A stretch of DNA of 64,000 nucleotides from an uncultured virus (IMG/VR IMGVR_UViG_3300045115_000228) (Duplodnaviria > Heunggongvirae > Uroviricota > Caudoviricetes). The first letter of the stretch is position 1. Every line of letters begins with the position of its first letter. Positions 56,174-64,000 of this stretch are shown here, one piece after another. The notes under the pieces were generated by a model. The model had not been told where the DNA came from. It searched no databases and was given only the letters and a program-made list of their open reading frames with translations. The DNA lies in the IMG/VR virus record IMGVR_UViG_3300045115_000228; one strand, written 5' to 3'. The translations under genes and the position numbers were made by a program.

Positions 56174-57595
56174 ATGAACGCACCAGACAAGTTCCTTGCG
56201 CTCGACATAGAGACGTCCGAGCAGGCCCAGGACGACAAGATCGTGCCCGTCACGGTCGCAAGCACGGTGACGTCGGACGGTGAGAGGATCGCCTGGTTCT
56301 CGGACGTCGGCGATCCGGCCCTGCACAGCATGAAGGCAAGCGGGCCGGACGAGCAGTGGGACATGGCGGGCCGCAGGCCCGCGCCGAAGATGTCCCGCGA
56401 CACGGCCATCGCGATGCTGGCGCACGTCGAGGAGAGGCAGCGGCAGGGCTACGCCGTCGTCTCGTGGAACGGCGCCGGGTTCGACCTCAAGATGCTCGGG
56501 GCCCTGGCCGGGGACAACGAGCTGGCCGGGAGGATCGTCCTGGCGATGTACGACCCGATGTACCAGGTGCTGTCCCAGAAGGGGTTCCCCATCGGCCTGG
56601 CGGCGGCCCAGAAGGGCCTCGGCGTCTCCCAGGCGAAGACTATGGACGGCAAGGACGCACCCGAGGCGTGGATCAAGGGGGAGCACCAGAAGGTCGCCCG
56701 CTACGTCGTCGGGGACTCGGAGATCACGATCGCGATCGTCATCGCCATCCTGAGGGCAGGCGGCATCAACTGGACGACGAAGACGGGCAAGGCGAGCAGC
56801 GTGTCGTTCAGGAAGCTCAAGACCGTGGCGGAGTGCCTGCTCGACCCGCCCGTCGACCAGAGCTGGCAGACCAACCCCATCGACAAGCGCAGGATCCTGT
56901 CCTGGATCCCCCAGCGCGTGATGGACGGCGGAAGGAAGGCGGCGGAGGACTCCGCCGACAAGGAGCGGGGCGACGTCGGCAGGGGGCTGCGCCCCGTGCT
57001 CCTGGTGATCTCCGGCCCGTCGGGGGCGGGCAAGACGGTGGTTCGCGAGGAGGTGATGAGGACCGTACCCACCCTCAAGGCCTCGATGACCGTCACGACG
57101 AGGCAGCCGCGCAAGGGCGAGGTCGATGGGGTGGACTACCGGTTCGTGACGGCGGAGCAGTTCGACGGGATGGCCGCCGCAGGGGAGTTCCTGGAGTGGG
57201 CCGAGATCCACGGGGCGAAGTACGGGTCGTCGAAGGCCGACGTCTCGTCCAAGCTCGCCAAGGGCATCGACGTCGCGCTCATCGTGGACGTGCAGGGGGC
57301 CGACAGCATCCGCAGGTTCGTCGCCGGACTCCCGAAGGCGACGTCCGCCAAGTTCGCCTTCGCCGACGTGTTCGTGGCGCCGCCGTCGCTCGACGAGCTG
57401 AAGAGGAGGCTGGAGGACAGGGGCAAGGACGACGCCGAGACCATCGACAGGAGGCTGGAGAACGCCAAGGCGGAGATGGCGAGGGCAGGGGAGTACAAGT
57501 ACCTCGTCGTCAACGACACGGTGCAGAACGCCTGGGACAGGCTGCGTTCGATCCTCGTCGCCGAGCGTTGCCTGGCGCCGCCCGCCAAGCAATAG
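56174..57595 (+). CDS. gmk: Fusion of DEDD/RNase H-like 3'-5' exonuclease domain and guanylate kinase
   Basis: LDIET, WNGAGFDL, YVVGD; then ISGPSGAGKT, TTRQPRKGEVDGVDYRF, FLEWAEIHG.KYG; TATAAT at 56148. Confidence 0.88.
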   Translation: MNAPDKFLALDIETSEQAQDDKIVPVTVASTVTSDGERIAWFSDVGDPALHSMKASGPDEQWDMAGRRPAPKMSRDTAIAMLAHVEERQRQGYAVVSWNGAGFDLKMLGALAGDNELAGRIVLAMYDPMYQVLSQKGFPIGLAAAQKGLGVSQAKTMDGKDAPEAWIKGEHQKVARYVVGDSEITIAIVIAILRAGGINWTTKTGKASSVSFRKLKTVAECLLDPPVDQSWQTNPIDKRRILSWIPQRVMDGGRKAAEDSADKERGDVGRGLRPVLLVISGPSGAGKTVVREEVMRTVPTLKASMTVTTRQPRKGEVDGVDYRFVTAEQFDGMAAAGEFLEWAEIHGAKYGSSKADVSSKLAKGIDVALIVDVQGADSIRRFVAGLPKATSAKFAFADVFVAPPSLDELKRRLEDRGKDDAETIDRRLENAKAEMARAGEYKYLVVNDTVQNAWDRLRSILVAERCLAPPAKQ

Positions 57596-57634
57596 CCGTC
57601 TTGGTTCTTGCCGCTCTGGATCGCCCCATCCCCG

Positions 57635-57985
57635 CTATTCGTAGATCACCGTCACGTTCGTCGTCGTGCTCGTGACGATCGTCAGGCCTATGTGGAACGG
57701 GCAGTCGAAGTCAAGGAACGACGGGATCGGCTTGCTCTGGGTTCCCGGGGAGGGGATGGTCACCGTGGCGATGATCGTCCCCGTGGCCGCCGTGTTGTCG
57801 TAGATCGTGACGACCCCCGCCGTGTTGGGGTCGTTGAGCATTATGCGGTGCAGCCTGCCGGAGCCATACTTGAGCACGTTCGTCGCCGCCGCCGGCGGCC
57901 TCGGCACGAACGACAGGGTGTGGCTGCTTTCGAACCCCCTCGGCAGCAACGCCGTGAGCGTCCAGATCCCCGTGCTGACCAACAC
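57635..57985 (-). CDS. Small beta-rich structural-protein-like ORF, possibly a 5'-truncated remnant
   Basis: GRLHRIMLN...VTIYDNTAATGTIIATV...LDFDCPFHIGLTIVT; no convincing start or SD. Confidence 0.5.
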   Translation of the reverse strand: MLVSTGIWTLTALLPRGFESSHTLSFVPRPPAAATNVLKYGSGRLHRIMLNDPNTAGVVTIYDNTAATGTIIATVTIPSPGTQSKPIPSFLDFDCPFHIGLTIVTSTTTNVTVIYE

Positions 57986-58014
57986 CTACGGCGTCAAGGT
58001 GTATCGCTGACCGC

Positions 58015-58040
58015 AAGGGTTGGCGGCCCCGTCCGACGAA
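58015..58040 (+). promoter_or_regulatory. Phage promoter AAGG-N18-CGAA
   Basis: AAGG GTTGGCGGCCCCGTCCGA CGAA CAAT. Confidence 0.7.
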
Positions 58041-58102
58041 CAATGGAGCCGTGCGGGCAATCCACGGATCCCGCCAAAAGTCTCCACCGGACGGGAAGTC
58101 AC

Positions 58103-61100
58103 ATGGCTGGAACAAGGCTCGAAATATCCGACGCCGCCGTCGCCGGCTACCTTGAGGCGCACGGCATGCGGGAGGCGCCAGAGTCCCTGCGCAAGGCGGC
58201 CGAGGCCGCCGTCCGCAGGATAGCCTCGTCGGGGGCGGCCGGATGGGACGCGCCCGTCGAAGGCGGCGTGGTGGTCTCCTGCTCCCCGGCATGGCTGCGC
58301 AAGGACTCCAAGAGGAAGCTGGGCTGGGCCTACGTCAGGCTGCCCGAGGCCGTGCGCGACGCGATGAAGCGCGTGCGCGACAAGATAGACTTCGACGACC
58401 TCGGGGAGGACGGCAAGGAGGGGCACCCCCACGTCACGGCGAAGTACGGGCTCACCATCGACAACCCGTCCGACGTCAAGGACGCGACGAGGGGGAACAG
58501 GGGCGGGCGCGTCAGGATGGGCAAGACGTCCATCTTCGAGAAGGAGGACGGCGACGTCCTGAAGGTCTCCGTGACCGGGCACGCCCTGCATTCCCTCTGG
58601 AAGTCCCTGTCCGAGCTTCCCAACGAGGACGAGTTCGACGAGTACCGCCCGCACGCCACGCTCGCGTACCTGAAGAAGGGGGCCGGCAGGAAGTACCGCG
58701 CGCTCGACGACCTCGACGGCATGGAGTTCACGTTCGACTCCTTCGTGTTCGAGGACGCCCACGACGTCAAGACCGAGATCGCGCTCGACGGCAAGGGGGC
58801 CGAGGCGTCGGGGCCGAGGATCGTCAGGACGGCGCAGTTCGACGAAGAGGACGGGGCGTTCGAGATAGGGACCCACGAGATTGAGCCACATCCCCGCGCG
58901 GCGGAACGCTTCCGCGTCGAGACCTTCGACAGGCTCGACGACACGTGGGTCAGGATCGATGGCGCCGTCGGGTCGGACGCCGAGGCGGCCAGCAAGGAGT
59001 TCGACACCGTCGAGGAAGCCGAGGCCGCGATGCGGGCCCTCGCCGACGGCGTCGGGCTGCCGGTCCAGTTGTTCCGCGTGGTCGGCACGACGACCGGTCC
59101 GCTGTCTCCCGGCGACCCGGAGAGGTTCTCCGTCCAGACGCTTTCCGGGACGGGATGGGTCAACAGCAACATCTCCGCCCCGACATTCATCTACTTCTCT
59201 TCGGAGGAGGAGGCCCGCGGCGCGATACGCGCCTTCGTGGACGGAGGGATGGGCAGGGCACAGGGCAAGTCGATGAGCGACTTCCGCGTCGTCAGCGACC
59301 GGAGGGGGCCGCTGGACAACCCGCCCGGCCAGGCGACCCCGCAGGAAGCGACGGAGGGATTCAGGGTCGAATACGAGACCAACCAAGGCTGGATGGATTA
59401 CCGCGAGCTGGGCACCCACAGGAGCGAGCTAGGAGCCAGGATCGCCTTGGCAAGGGACAGGTCCGGACAGGACAGCGGAGACTTCCGCATCGTCAGCACC
59501 ACGAGGGGTCCGCTCCCAGACGACGTCCCGCAGGACGCCGTGGCGAGGTTCGCCGCCACGGACGGCGGGCGCACGGCCATGACGTCGGCGGAGACCGACT
59601 ATCTCAACGGGACGGCGCTCGCGACCGTCGTGACGCGGTTCTCGTCCGCAATGCACGAGTGGTTCCTGTCCCTTGAGGACGACCGCGCGCGCGGCGAGGA
59701 ACTGTGGGAGGGACTCGTCGATGACATCCCGCGGCCGGTCATGGACCACCTCAACGCCGTGAGGCCGCCCCGGGGGAGCAATCCCGCCGTATTCTTCCGC
59801 GTGCAGGAGCCGACGCGCGGCGCCATACCGGCCGGCACGCCCGAGGGCGAGCTGTGGCAGGACGTCGATGGCCTTCCGCCCTACCCTACCGTCGACCAGG
59901 CCATCGAGAACGCCGCCCGCTACTTCGACGACGGGGAGACCTACCGCATCGTCGACCAGCGCGGGGAGGTCGTGCTGAACGACGCGGCGCGGCGCGAGTT
60001 CTTCGTCCCGGAGGTACTGGGCGACGACGGATGGAGGCCCATCGTCCAAGGGGCGCACTTCTCCGACTCCTCGACGGCATGGATAGCCGCCGGATCGTAC
60101 GCCAGCGAGAGGGGACTGCCGAGGAGACACGTGAGGGTCGTGAACCGGGACGGCCAGCGGCAGCCATACCCGGCGGAATGGGGAGTCCAGGCCGACCCCT
60201 TGGACATCCCAGTTCGCCCGACGGCGGAGAACGTGGAATGGATGGAGCGAGGGCGGAGGTACGCCTGGGCGTACGTCGAGCGCGGCACGATAGCCGACCC
60301 GTCCTTCACGCACGGCGTGTTCCTCGGGGCCGACTCCAGCGCGCGCGCGAGGCTGCTGCACTTCGAGAACGAGCACGGCGAGTCGAGGTGGATCCCGGCG
60401 TCCCACATCAGGCGGATATGGGCCGACAGGACGAGGTTCAGGGTCCAGGTGCTGAACGGCGGAGGCGACTGGGAAGACCATGCCGTGCAGCCGTGGTTCG
60501 AGCGGAGGTATCCGACGGCGGGGGCGGCGCAAAGGGCGATCTCGCGCTATGTCGAGGCCTACCGCAACAGCCACCGGGCCGATCCGGGCGTCACGATGCG
60601 CGTCATCGACGAGGAGGGGCACGAGTCGCCATCCCCGTTCGGAAGGTTCGTGGTCGAGGTGTTCCAGGGCCTGGGGGCGGGATGGGCGACCGTGCCGTGG
60701 CTGACCGGCAGAGGCGGCGAGCTGGGGTTCTCGACGCGCCAGGCAGGCGAGCAGGCCCTGTCCGACCGCCTGGCGGCCAACCCCGAGACGTCGGACGAGC
60801 CAGGGAACTACCGCGTCGTGGACAGGAGCCTGATCCGGAGGACGGCGTCCGCGGGAGGGGTGGGGAAGAGGGCCCAGTTCGACGACGACGGATCCTTCGA
60901 GATCGCCTTCCACGAGCTCGGCCCCGATCGGAAGCCTGGCCAAAGGACGTGGGTCTTCGCCGTCGGCCCCAACGGGCGCAACGTCTACTTCAACGACAAG
61001 GACGAGTGGGACAGGACACGCAACCCGCCCGAGAAGTCCGGCAACGACGACGAACTCATCGACAGGGTCAAGTGGCTGACGGGGACGGCCGACGACGGGG

Positions 61101-64000
61101 CGATGGGCGTGTTCGAGCTCGACCCCGGCCAGATCGAGAAGGTCAGGGCCGACCCCTCGTTCGTCGAGGACGGCGACTTCAAGGCGTGGTGCATGAACGC
61201 GTTCCCCCACTTCAGGAACGTGGAGGAGTTGACCCTGCTCAGGAAGAGCGGCGACGCGTGGGACTCCATCGGCAGGTTCAGCACGATGGACTCCCTGTGC
61301 AGGATCGTGGAAGACCAGGTGGCGCGCGGAGGGGACTTCTTCGACTACGGCGCCAGCAGCTCCGTGACCGGCGGCGTCCAGTTGTTCATGATCCAGAAGC
61401 AGGTCAACGGGAGATGGGGCCACCCGAGGGCTGGCCGCAGGGTCGTCTTCGACGACTACGACGCCGCGACCGCCGCCCTGGGCAGCCCGGGGGAGTTCCC
61501 TTCCGACAGCGGGGACTACAGGATCGTCGGCAACTGCTCCGACAACCCCGACAACCTCCGCGGGCGCTTCGTCGTCCAGCGCAGGACGAGCCGTGGCTGG
61601 CATGCGCCGTACTGGGACGGGGCCGTGTCGTTCGACGACCCCAGGATCGCATGGCGCGACGTCCAGTCCTACCTGTTCGACCACCCCTCCGCCAGCCCAG
61701 GCGACTTCAGGATGATCGACGCCCAAGGGGGCACGGCGTCGCCGGCCGTCCTGCCGATCCCGCCGCCGGACAGGTACAACCTGATGAGGCAGGACGAGGA
61801 CGGCGAATGGATGACATTCGGCCACTACGGGGCGGCCGACGACGCCCGCAGGCGTCTGGCCGAGCTGCGCGCCGGCGACCCGACCAACCGGTACAGGGTC
61901 GAGCCGGTCTTCCCGGAGCCAAGACCCGAACCGAGGACAGAGCGCCAATCTTGGGCGGTCGCGAGGTTTGTCGACGACGGGCCTCGGTGGCAGATCGTGT
62001 CGGTGTTCGGCACCAGCGAGGCCGCCAACCGCGAGGTCGCAAGGCTGCGGCTGGCGGAACCCGAGACCAGATTCGGGGTGATCCACAACGTCGTCGAGGC
62101 TTCGGCGTCTGGCATGGCGAGGACGGCCCAGTTCGACGACGATGAGGAGGAGTTCCAGATCTCCATGCACGAGCTGGAGCCGCCTCCTCCAAGGCCGCCG
62201 ATCCAGAAGACCCCGGTCAGGCAGGTCTTCATGATCGAGGAGAGGGCAAGCGACACCGGCGAATGGTCGCCCATCAGCCTGTCAGGGGAAACCGCTCCGA
62301 AGTGGTTCTCGTCCGTCGAGGACGCCGACGCGTTCCTGAGCGGGTACATCAACAGGCTGCTCGACGAGGACGGGGCCGACCTCGACGCCGCCGACAGGAA
62401 CAACTACAGGATCGTCGAAGCCTACGTGGACGAGGAGACTGGCAGGCCCGTCGATATGGCTCCCCAGAGGGAGCCGATCGGCGAGGCGACGCAGGCCGGC
62501 GGCGCCCAAGGCGGCGCCCGGCACATGTACATGATCCAGCACGAGTTCGACTACGGATGGGACTACTTCGGGGACAAGAGCGACGACGGGAGGGAGGAGC
62601 CATCCGAGTTCCACGCCACCGAGGAAGCCGCCAGGGAAGACCTCGAAGAATTCCTTCAGGAGTCCGCCGCCAACGACATGGAATACTCCCGCGACGAGTT
62701 CAGGATCGTCCCGTGCCGCTTCGCCATCGAGGCCCAGGAGGACAGGCCGGGCAGGCCGGCGGAATGGGGCGACGGGGGATGGGAGGACGAGAACGGCGTC
62801 AGGATGACGTTCCCGACGCCCATGGAGGCCCGCGCCGAGATCGCGAACTTCACGGCCGGCAGCCAGAGGAACCGCAACCCCGCCGCGTTCAGGGTCGTCC
62901 CGATCCCGCTCGAACGCATCCCGGGGTTCGCACAAGCAAGGCAGGACATCCGTCCCCCGCTGCTCTTCGCCTCCGTGACCGTCGACGAGCCGATGGCGGC
63001 GAGCATCCCCCAGTTGAGGGGCCGGGAGGGGGCATACGTCGTGTTCGTCGTCAGGCGCCCGTACTGGGACGAGCACCACGCCCTTGAGCCGAACGAGGAC
63101 GAAGAGTGCGTCGACGCCGTCATGGACGGGGCCATCGACGCCTTCCCGTTCGACGAGCCCAACGTGTTCGTCACGAGGCTGAACGACGTGCAACGCCTCC
63201 GCGACGACCCCAGGTTCGAGGAGAGCCAGGAGCTCGACACGTTCGTCGAGGCGTACGACCTGCGCTTCGCCGACGACCGAAGCCGGCTGCGCCAGGACAG
63301 GAACGGGCGCTGCTTCATCGACGACACCCCCATCGTCGTCAACGACAGGTACGCTTGGACGGTCCACCCGAGGTTCGCCGGAGAGGCGAACAGGATCGGG
63401 GTGGCCGGCGGGGGCATCATCGGATCGGGGATCCTGCGGGAGATCGACGTCGAGAGACAGGCCCTCACCTTCAACATATCCGACAACGCCATCGTCGACC
63501 GCCGACTGAACGCATGGTGGATACAGGGCATCCGCCTGCTCAGGTCCCCCACGCGCGGCCTTGGCAGGGTGCGCAGGGCGCAGTTCGAGGACGACGGATC
63601 CTTCGAGATCGCGGTCCACGAGATGGATCCGACCCCGCCGCCGCGGCGGGAACAGCCGGCCAAGGCGGATTCGCAGGCCACGCCAGGGACCGATCCCGAC
63701 GCCCCATACCGCATCGAGCGGCTGGGAGAGGCGGGCGGTCAGGCCGTCGTCGAGACGGTGTTCGAGGAGACCCCGCTCGGCCCCGGGGGAAGGACGAACA
63801 GCTTCGACCACCTCGCCGACGCCAAGGCAGCCCTGTGGTCCGTCCTCTCGTGCCCCAACCAAGACCCGTCCGGCTACCGCATCGTCAACGGCCGCGGGGA
63901 GGCGCTGCCAGACGCGGAATGGTGGGCCGAGGTCGCAGGCAGGATGGGGTACGTCGTGCAGTACCGCAAGCCCACGGGGGAGTGGGACAGGATCGATCCG
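58103..64000 (+). CDS. Giant modular protein (>1960 aa, runs off right edge; absent from ORF track): N-terminal 2H phosphoesterase plus repeated modules
   Basis: Manual translation of frame +2 from ATG 58103; HPHVTAKYG and RPHATLAY; four in-frame [RK]xAQF[DE]...FxIxxHE boundaries. Confidence 0.88.
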   Translation, partial: MAGTRLEISDAAVAGYLEAHGMREAPESLRKAAEAAVRRIASSGAAGWDAPVEGGVVVSCSPAWLRKDSKRKLGWAYVRLPEAVRDAMKRVRDKIDFDDLGEDGKEGHPHVTAKYGLTIDNPSDVKDATRGNRGGRVRMGKTSIFEKEDGDVLKVSVTGHALHSLWKSLSELPNEDEFDEYRPHATLAYLKKGAGRKYRALDDLDGMEFTFDSFVFEDAHDVKTEIALDGKGAEASGPRIVRTAQFDEEDGAFEIGTHEIEPHPRAAERFRVETFDRLDDTWVRIDGAVGSDAEAASKEFDTVEEAEAAMRALADGVGLPVQLFRVVGTTTGPLSPGDPERFSVQTLSGTGWVNSNISAPTFIYFSSEEEARGAIRAFVDGGMGRAQGKSMSDFRVVSDRRGPLDNPPGQATPQEATEGFRVEYETNQGWMDYRELGTHRSELGARIALARDRSGQDSGDFRIVSTTRGPLPDDVPQDAVARFAATDGGRTAMTSAETDYLNGTALATVVTRFSSAMHEWFLSLEDDRARGEELWEGLVDDIPRPVMDHLNAVRPPRGSNPAVFFRVQEPTRGAIPAGTPEGELWQDVDGLPPYPTVDQAIENAARYFDDGETYRIVDQRGEVVLNDAARREFFVPEVLGDDGWRPIVQGAHFSDSSTAWIAAGSYASERGLPRRHVRVVNRDGQRQPYPAEWGVQADPLDIPVRPTAENVEWMERGRRYAWAYVERGTIADPSFTHGVFLGADSSARARLLHFENEHGESRWIPASHIRRIWADRTRFRVQVLNGGGDWEDHAVQPWFERRYPTAGAAQRAISRYVEAYRNSHRADPGVTMRVIDEEGHESPSPFGRFVVEVFQGLGAGWATVPWLTGRGGELGFSTRQAGEQALSDRLAANPETSDEPGNYRVVDRSLIRRTASAGGVGKRAQFDDDGSFEIAFHELGPDRKPGQRTWVFAVGPNGRNVYFNDKDEWDRTRNPPEKSGNDDELIDRVKWLTGTADDGAMGVFELDPGQIEKVRADPSFVEDGDFKAWCMNAFPHFRNVEELTLLRKSGDAWDSIGRFSTMDSLCRIVEDQVARGGDFFDYGASSSVTGGVQLFMIQKQVNGRWGHPRAGRRVVFDDYDAATAALGSPGEFPSDSGDYRIVGNCSDNPDNLRGRFVVQRRTSRGWHAPYWDGAVSFDDPRIAWRDVQSYLFDHPSASPGDFRMIDAQGGTASPAVLPIPPPDRYNLMRQDEDGEWMTFGHYGAADDARRRLAELRAGDPTNRYRVEPVFPEPRPEPRTERQSWAVARFVDDGPRWQIVSVFGTSEAANREVARLRLAEPETRFGVIHNVVEASASGMARTAQFDDDEEEFQISMHELEPPPPRPPIQKTPVRQVFMIEERASDTGEWSPISLSGETAPKWFSSVEDADAFLSGYINRLLDEDGADLDAADRNNYRIVEAYVDEETGRPVDMAPQREPIGEATQAGGAQGGARHMYMIQHEFDYGWDYFGDKSDDGREEPSEFHATEEAAREDLEEFLQESAANDMEYSRDEFRIVPCRFAIEAQEDRPGRPAEWGDGGWEDENGVRMTFPTPMEARAEIANFTAGSQRNRNPAAFRVVPIPLERIPGFAQARQDIRPPLLFASVTVDEPMAASIPQLRGREGAYVVFVVRRPYWDEHHALEPNEDEECVDAVMDGAIDAFPFDEPNVFVTRLNDVQRLRDDPRFEESQELDTFVEAYDLRFADDRSRLRQDRNGRCFIDDTPIVVNDRYAWTVHPRFAGEANRIGVAGGGIIGSGILREIDVERQALTFNISDNAIVDRRLNAWWIQGIRLLRSPTRGLGRVRRAQFEDDGSFEIAVHEMDPTPPPRREQPAKADSQATPGTDPDAPYRIERLGEAGGQAVVETVFEETPLGPGGRTNSFDHLADAKAALWSVLSCPNQDPSGYRIVNGRGEALPDAEWWAEVAGRMGYVVQYRKPTGEWDRIDP

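Larger units (their letters stand above)
1..64000. mobile_element. Segment of a large tailed dsDNA bacteriophage genome (head morphogenesis plus accessory region)
   Basis: TerL, portal, prohead protease, lytic transglycosylase, phage-type nucleotide enzymes and many large hypothetical proteins; no cellular housekeeping operons. Confidence 0.93.

Noticed and set aside
54630..57595. DNA hypermodification cluster (TS-like, methyltransferase, kinase)
   Set aside because: TS keeps Asn at the dUMP-specificity position (GAWMMN), the kinase looks like canonical Gmk, the methyltransferase is frameshifted and oppositely oriented, and no glycosyltransferase or other modifier is visible
57635..58010. 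Stop-codon reassignment, suggested by an in-frame TAG just upstream of the 57635-57985 ORF
   Set aside because: TerL and many other genes end cleanly at TAG or TGA and long genes are uninterrupted in the standard code; a truncated remnant is simpler
57986..63862. Minus-strand and off-frame ORFs listed by the track in the last 6 kb
   Set aside because: Shadows of the single frame +2 ORF starting at 58103
1..64000. tRNA, rRNA, integrase or att sites, and host assignment
   Set aside because: None recognised by eye; intergenic gaps are short; sequence alone does not support a specific host call

Overview
This 64-kb window is GC-rich and gene-dense, and reads as part of a large (jumbo-type) tailed dsDNA phage genome. 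The left half (1 to about 32.7 kb, minus strand) is a head morphogenesis and packaging module. It holds a prohead protease fused in frame to a nested scaffold-like gene with its own promoter and SD, a portal carrying two LAGLIDADG inteins and a C-terminal DUF559-like nuclease, a Ycf46-like AAA ATPase with DUF1257- and DUF2997-like partners, WGR and DUF192 proteins, a zincin/degenerate-CCA-enzyme fusion, a trypsin-like protease and the terminase large subunit. The right half mixes nucleotide and repair enzymes (5'-3' exonuclease, PNK-like kinase, metallophosphoesterase, NadD, thymidylate synthase, an exonuclease-Gmk fusion, methyltransferases), a lytic transglycosylase, a vWA protein, an AT-rich mosaic BspA-type LRR gene and large unknown proteins. 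It ends in a >1960-aa ORF (58103 to >64000) that the ORF track misses. The main hidden signal is a window-wide protein grammar: a [K/R]-x-A-Q motif at N-termini and domain boundaries (candidate prohead-protease cleavage site), often next to an acidic F-x-I-x-F motif. These genes are mostly driven by a recurring AAGG-N18-(C)GAA promoter. Together this suggests protease-processed virion cargo polyproteins, one of which carries an Acb1-like 2H phosphodiesterase. All domain calls are by-eye motif recognition; no database searches were run. No CRISPR array, rRNA or tRNA was recognised.
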